Of a stretch of 64,000 nucleotides of DNA, positions 61,701-64,000 are shown piece by piece. Source of the DNA: Antedon mediterranea (lineage: Eukaryota; Animalia; Echinodermata). Where the stretch lies: NCBI RefSeq assembly GCF_964355755.1, contig NC_092673.1:4526001-4590000 (forward strand), read 5' to 3'. The position numbers and the translations under genes were made by a program. The notes below the pieces were generated by a model. That model ran no database searches and was not told the origin of the DNA. It saw only the letters and a list, made by a program, of their open reading frames with translations. The first letter of the stretch is position 1. Every line of letters starts with the position of its first letter.

Positions 61701-62814
61701 AAATTAAGAGAAAGGGGCACAAGATTGGTCAGTATTTTGAATTCACTGCTTTGGTCTGCGTTGTAAAGCTCTGTCTACACTATCAAACTTTATGTGACAA
61801 AAAATGTGATGTGCCCATATATGGACACGATGATATTTAAGCATATCACTACCATATTTGGCCACATCACACTTTTTTTGTCAAACTAGTTTGATAGTGT
61901 AGACAGAGCTTAACATAGGGCCTTAGTGGAAATTGATAAAATAAATATGAATATTATGCATTATGTTTAGCTTCAAGGAGAAATGCAAAAGACTATAACA
62001 AACTTGAAGCCAGGTGCTAAAGTTCAAACCGATTTTTGCGCCTTTACAATACCCCAATACACCAAGGTAAGAAATCTATTTTTCTTTGTCTTATAACCAA
62101 TTCACACAACAATTTCTAATGAGTTGTTTACACTACTAAATTGCATTACACCACTATAAACTAGTGTTTGAAAATATTGAAAGGTTATTGTAAATTATCC
62201 AGGGAGATATCCATGTAACAATTTCTTACATTTGTGTTGTGTGTGTGAATCGGGTACTGTATTGCTGTACACTTATTTAGTATACAATAGAGATGGCTAA
62301 ATACTTATAGTAGTAATAGTTTGTCTAACCCTCTGGTGGCAGAAAGATGAATAACTGCTGGTACACATAATAGTATACTATTGTATTTAAAGGACAACTT
62401 TATCGAGAACCATATTTTGACAACATATTTATGATAATAAGTTTTCAGAACAATTGCGAGAGTTACAATTTCTGCCGCAAATTGCTGGGACGTCAAGTGT
62501 ACATAGCAAAATCTACTTCATCATCCATCATTGACATCCTAAATACGTTGTTAAAATATGGTTCTCGGTAAAGTTGTGTACACCAAGATAGGTGGTGTAC
62601 CACAAACCTTACTTTACTAGTGATTCCCCATGCAAACAAAAACAAAATTTGTAATTATTGTAAATTGCATCCATAGGCTCAGATGGAGAAAAGCAATATT
62701 CCATGCATTGGAAAGATTTCTATTCCTGTTAGTAAAGGTCAACAGGCGGAATCGGTGGCGATTAACCTCCAACCGCATCAGCTTCAACAATTGCATTCTA
62801 GACTGATCATGTGA
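22721..62814 (+). CDS. DCTN1: Dynactin subunit 1 (p150Glued)
   Basis: Phase-compatible exons: 22721-22830, 23130-23247, 23694-23804, [24852-24899], [25636-25674], 28679-28885, 29333-29404, 29742-29849, 30227-30323, 32675-33018, 33151-33342, 34068-34187, 34311-34410, 34668-34753, 34995-35122, 35263-35377, 36197-36382, 36633-36716, 36843-36926, 40426-40528, [40878-40931], 56454-56553, 56914-57133, 57482-57624, 57743-57915, 59203-59273, 59378-59449, 59567-59749, 61280-61429, 61971-62066, 62677-62814 (brackets = candidate cassette exons). CAP-Gly [24 protein letters not shown]; coiled-coil motifs [40 protein letters not shown]; C-terminal VKDSPLLLQ and [10 protein letters not shown]. Probable 5' UTR exon donor at 22261. 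Confidence 0.95.
25235..25389. mobile_element. hAT-type MITE
   Basis: CAGTGGC...GCCACTG termini with perfect 8-bp TSD ATAACAAA (25227-25234 and 25390-25397). Confidence 0.75.
26150..26400 (+). mobile_element. Degenerate tRNA-derived SINE (Meta-domain-like)
   Basis: B-box-like GGTTCGAGACC, then TTCTTAGGCAAGATACTTTAC and TTCTTCGGATGGGACATAAAG; A-rich end. Confidence 0.4.
27317..27880. mobile_element. MITE with long TIRs and subterminal repeats (hAT-like termini)
   Basis: AGGGGTCGTCAAACACACGGCCAGC...GCTGGCCGTGTGTTTGACGACCCCT; tandem GGCCAGCCTGTGGTCC..GGGCGCTAGACAT units in both arms. TSD not clean. Confidence 0.75.
30934..31387. mobile_element. Tc1/mariner-pogo-type MITE
   Basis: TA-CTGTATATATTCGAATAAACGCCC...GGGCGGTTATTCGAATAAATACGG-TA with internal GAATAAACGCCC repeats. 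A smaller element of similar build lies at 47272-47363. Confidence 0.7.
35682..36080 (+). mobile_element. RTE-like LINE, frameshifted 3' fragment
   Basis: [25 protein letters not shown] / [16 protein letters not shown] / AGHFYRH.EKAAS.FLLWEPK...MEDRKTW, followed by a (GATAT)n tail. Confidence 0.7.
37591..39669 (+). CDS. Penelope-like reverse transcriptase + GIY-YIG endonuclease (692 aa, N-terminally truncated)
   Basis: Uninterrupted ORF: [60 protein letters not shown]; [15 protein letters not shown]...[30 protein letters not shown]. Confidence 0.93.
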   Translation: MVNLSSKLVSEDEISALQRGLNYAASPRSMPIDDLIVAAEKAADLVPLEEQDTVRCKIVAIVKSTTLPPSNLTPKERKAINNLKKDKSILILPADKGRSTVILNTNDYKDKVGTMVSDTNVYELLKRNPTQNYKRKVVNIIGRLFKEKKINYREKEWLFPTAEIVPRLYCLPKIHKPNWPLRPIVDNINTVFYTVAQFLTKILGPLVGNTEHHVTYSGELASELKEIIVKPSETFVSFDVVSLFTKTPVEEALKVVENRLTTDPTLLDRTKLHVTDIMELLGLIVNKTYFSFNGNIYRQIQGIAMGSPISPILANLYLEWLEHQAINTAPTNIKPVYWKRYVDDVLAIIPIGTVHTFNTHLNNIDITDNIKFTTESMTNNTIPFLDMLITLNDNGTVTTSVYRKPTHTDQYLHFNSHHPLEHKLGLINTLVDRAEKVVGDMDLRKVEMDNIKKALHNCQYPEWSFQRVMENRKRKKNKGHEPQKEKIKMRGSIGIPYVKGMAERIRRTLSYHNVGTYFLPQNKIKNSLVHPKDKIEKMDTCGVIYEVTCRNCPQVYIGETGRALQTRINDHKKDVTTNTGGVMTRASRTSTSSIIHKSAITEHVIKHNHVPNWEATILTKEPKRKDRQIRESLHIRRNKEKTMNRDTGAHELSHLYNDLIDTSPGRAPHNLQPTTGGVQRHQQMTSRMTKLH
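39671..39730 (+). ncRNA. Minimal hammerhead-ribozyme-like motif of the Penelope pLTR (mirror copy ~36996-37055, minus strand)
   Basis: TTGAGAA (U3-A8 variant of CUGANGA) + G + stem GATCTCT-GAT-AGAGATC + GAAA + palindromic stem III AACGTT. Stem I pairing is imperfect. Confidence 0.6.
40688..40799. mobile_element. hAT-type MITE related to 25235-25389
   Basis: CAGTGGCG start and shared CCTGGTTTAG; 8-bp TSD CTAATATT (40680-40687 and 40800-40807). Confidence 0.6.
41716..42342. mobile_element. Kolobok-type non-autonomous DNA transposon, intact copy (627 bp)
   Basis: TTAA-AGACACCTTCCCTA...TAGGGAAGGTGTCT-TTAA. TTAA TSD with AG termini fits Kolobok rather than piggyBac (CCY). Confidence 0.8.
45108..45315 (-). 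mobile_element. tRNA-derived SINE with Deu/Nin-like core
   Basis: Plus strand CCCATTTGTACACCTGGGTGGAGAGAGG...AAGTGTCTTGCTTAAGGACAC...CTCGAACC, i.e. a minus-strand B-box and the same core as 2988-3226. Confidence 0.6.
52113..52492. mobile_element. Mutator-type MITE with internal tRNA-like A/B boxes
   Basis: TIRs TTTTTCCAGGACGAACGTGGGCAG / CTGCCCACGTTCGTCCTGGAAAAA; perfect 9-bp TSD GTCCTGGCT (52104-52112 and 52493-52501). Confidence 0.75.
54385..55265. mobile_element. Degenerate CR1/L2-type LINE remnants
   Basis: Minus-strand L2-like tail (CATTT)n at ~54390-54495; plus-strand RT remnant ending FYDLSKAFD at ~55238-55264, with many disruptions. Confidence 0.45.
55467..55636. mobile_element. Second small MITE family (Harbinger-like), degenerate
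   Basis: Imperfect inverted ends GCATGGTTCCCATTAGAGACGTAACTCAAGGACGTA / TATGTCCTTGCGTTGCGTCGATAGTAAGAATCAAGC. Confidence 0.5.
60995..61130. repeat. 48-bp tandem repeat, ~2.8 copies
   Basis: ATGATAACCATACCCTGGA(T/A)GTAGTA recurs at 61001, 61049 and 61097. Confidence 0.85.
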
Positions 62815-64000
62815 CTCTCCCTTTAACTAATCATGTGACTTCCTTAAATATCCAAACATGTATATGTGATGTAATATTAAATAAAAATGTGATCGTGCTA
62901 ATATATTGTCCAAATAAATGTAGTAGGCTCATATTTAAAAATTCAAGATTATCGCATGTTTATTTATGTTCAATTTTTATTTAATTAATTTTTTTTTAAA
63001 TTACTTGGTTTTTAGGATATCATATTTATCACTTTGGTGTATGTTTTTAACCTTCTTAATTTGAAGGGTTTCATTATATCAATATTAGCTGGTGATCTGA
63101 CCCATATAGCAGTCATTATTTTTTATTATATTACATATTGTGCACCACTCATATGTAGAGGTCCTGTGTGACTCTAGTAGCCCCACTTTTCTTAAGTTCA
63201 TTGTTGCAAAAATAAAGCATGCCTATATACTATTTTGTGTTCATTTTGTTAGTTGTTGCAAGGCAATCTAATAACAGGACACTGAGCTAACCTTACCAAG
63301 ATACAAACTCATAACAGTCTTATGTCAAATACCAACAGTACTTTACTATGTACATATTCTCCGCAGTGTCATTGCATGAACCTGATTATTGGTGTATACT
63401 GTTCTGCCAGCCAAATAGTTTCGATGTCTACATTATTACAAACCAACCATGTTTGTGATGTACCTGGAATCTCAAATTAAGCAGTTGATTTGATACCGGT
63501 CCTGTACTAGTTTTTTATACAAGTACAAGTATAGATACCATATGGGGCGTGTCAAACTATTTAAAAGTCAAGAAATTAATTCAAAATAACTGTACTGTAC
63601 ACAACGCGAATCGGTCGGTAACTATGAACACAATAAACAATAAAATATATCCATATGCAGACAATTTTAAACAACAAAAATATAATTTAATGATATTTTA
63701 CAAAACAATGTTCACTCCTACAGTATAAAAAGAATCTTTATAGCATTCTTCCATTAGACAACTATAAATCATGAAATACCTTTTCACTTTTTCTTTGGTA
63801 TTCTATTTACAGTGTTTTCAAACAACTATACTAACGACTAGAACAAGAAATAAAAACATAAAAACTTAAAATCTAAATCATCTGATTAATAAAAACTGCT
63901 ATAATGTTCATGATCTTACGTAAAATCTAACTATGTTGAGTTGTGAAAGCCTGTGTATAAAATTATTGCAATTACCCTGTTTTTGGTTAATTTTATATTA

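Larger units (their letters stand above)
208..61910. mobile_element. Dispersed PIF/Harbinger-type MITE family (~110-170 bp, ~17 copies; coordinates span first to last copy)
   Basis: TIR AGCTCTGTCTACACTATCAAACT...AGTTTGATAGTGTAGACAGAGCT with TAA/TTA flanks (TAA-48489..48644-TAA, TTA-31652..31815-TTA, TAA-61767..61910-TAA). Other copies approx.: 208-368, 2064-2175, 4435-4545, 23265-23431, 29415-29560, 29969-30193, 34467-34581, 36387-36549, 48754-48887, 55680-55836, 57931-58094, 58815-58950, 59778-59885, 60666-60825. Confidence 0.88.

Overview
AT-rich, intron-containing animal (invertebrate) genomic DNA. The actin intron positions (41/42, 121/122, 204) and the SINE types fit an invertebrate deuterostome such as an echinoderm, which is inference only. 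Gene order: 3' end of XPNPEP1 (+), complete 10-exon NAGK (-), a tandem cluster of three intact but divergent actin genes (+), and a complete ~40-kb dynactin p150Glued gene DCTN1 (+). Introns hold many transposons: a young Penelope-like retroelement (RT + GIY-YIG, 630-bp inverted repeat, TSD, hammerhead-like motif), a 2.1-kb foldback element nested in a Kolobok-type MITE, ~17 copies of a Harbinger-type MITE, hAT/Mutator/Tc1-type MITEs, SINEs and LINE fragments. Top leads: (1) actin paralogue 2 has lost much of the D-loop and paralogue 3 has lost the hydrophobic plug, both with open frames and both lacking His73; (2) 22-30-bp palindromes flanked by 7-8-bp direct repeats that look like P-element excision footprints; (3) a CArG-box-carrying MITE found repeatedly just downstream of splice donors; (4) possible ancestral linkage with the human 2p13/10q23-25 paralogon. 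Exon structures were assembled by hand from GT-AG signals and reading frame, without transcript evidence.
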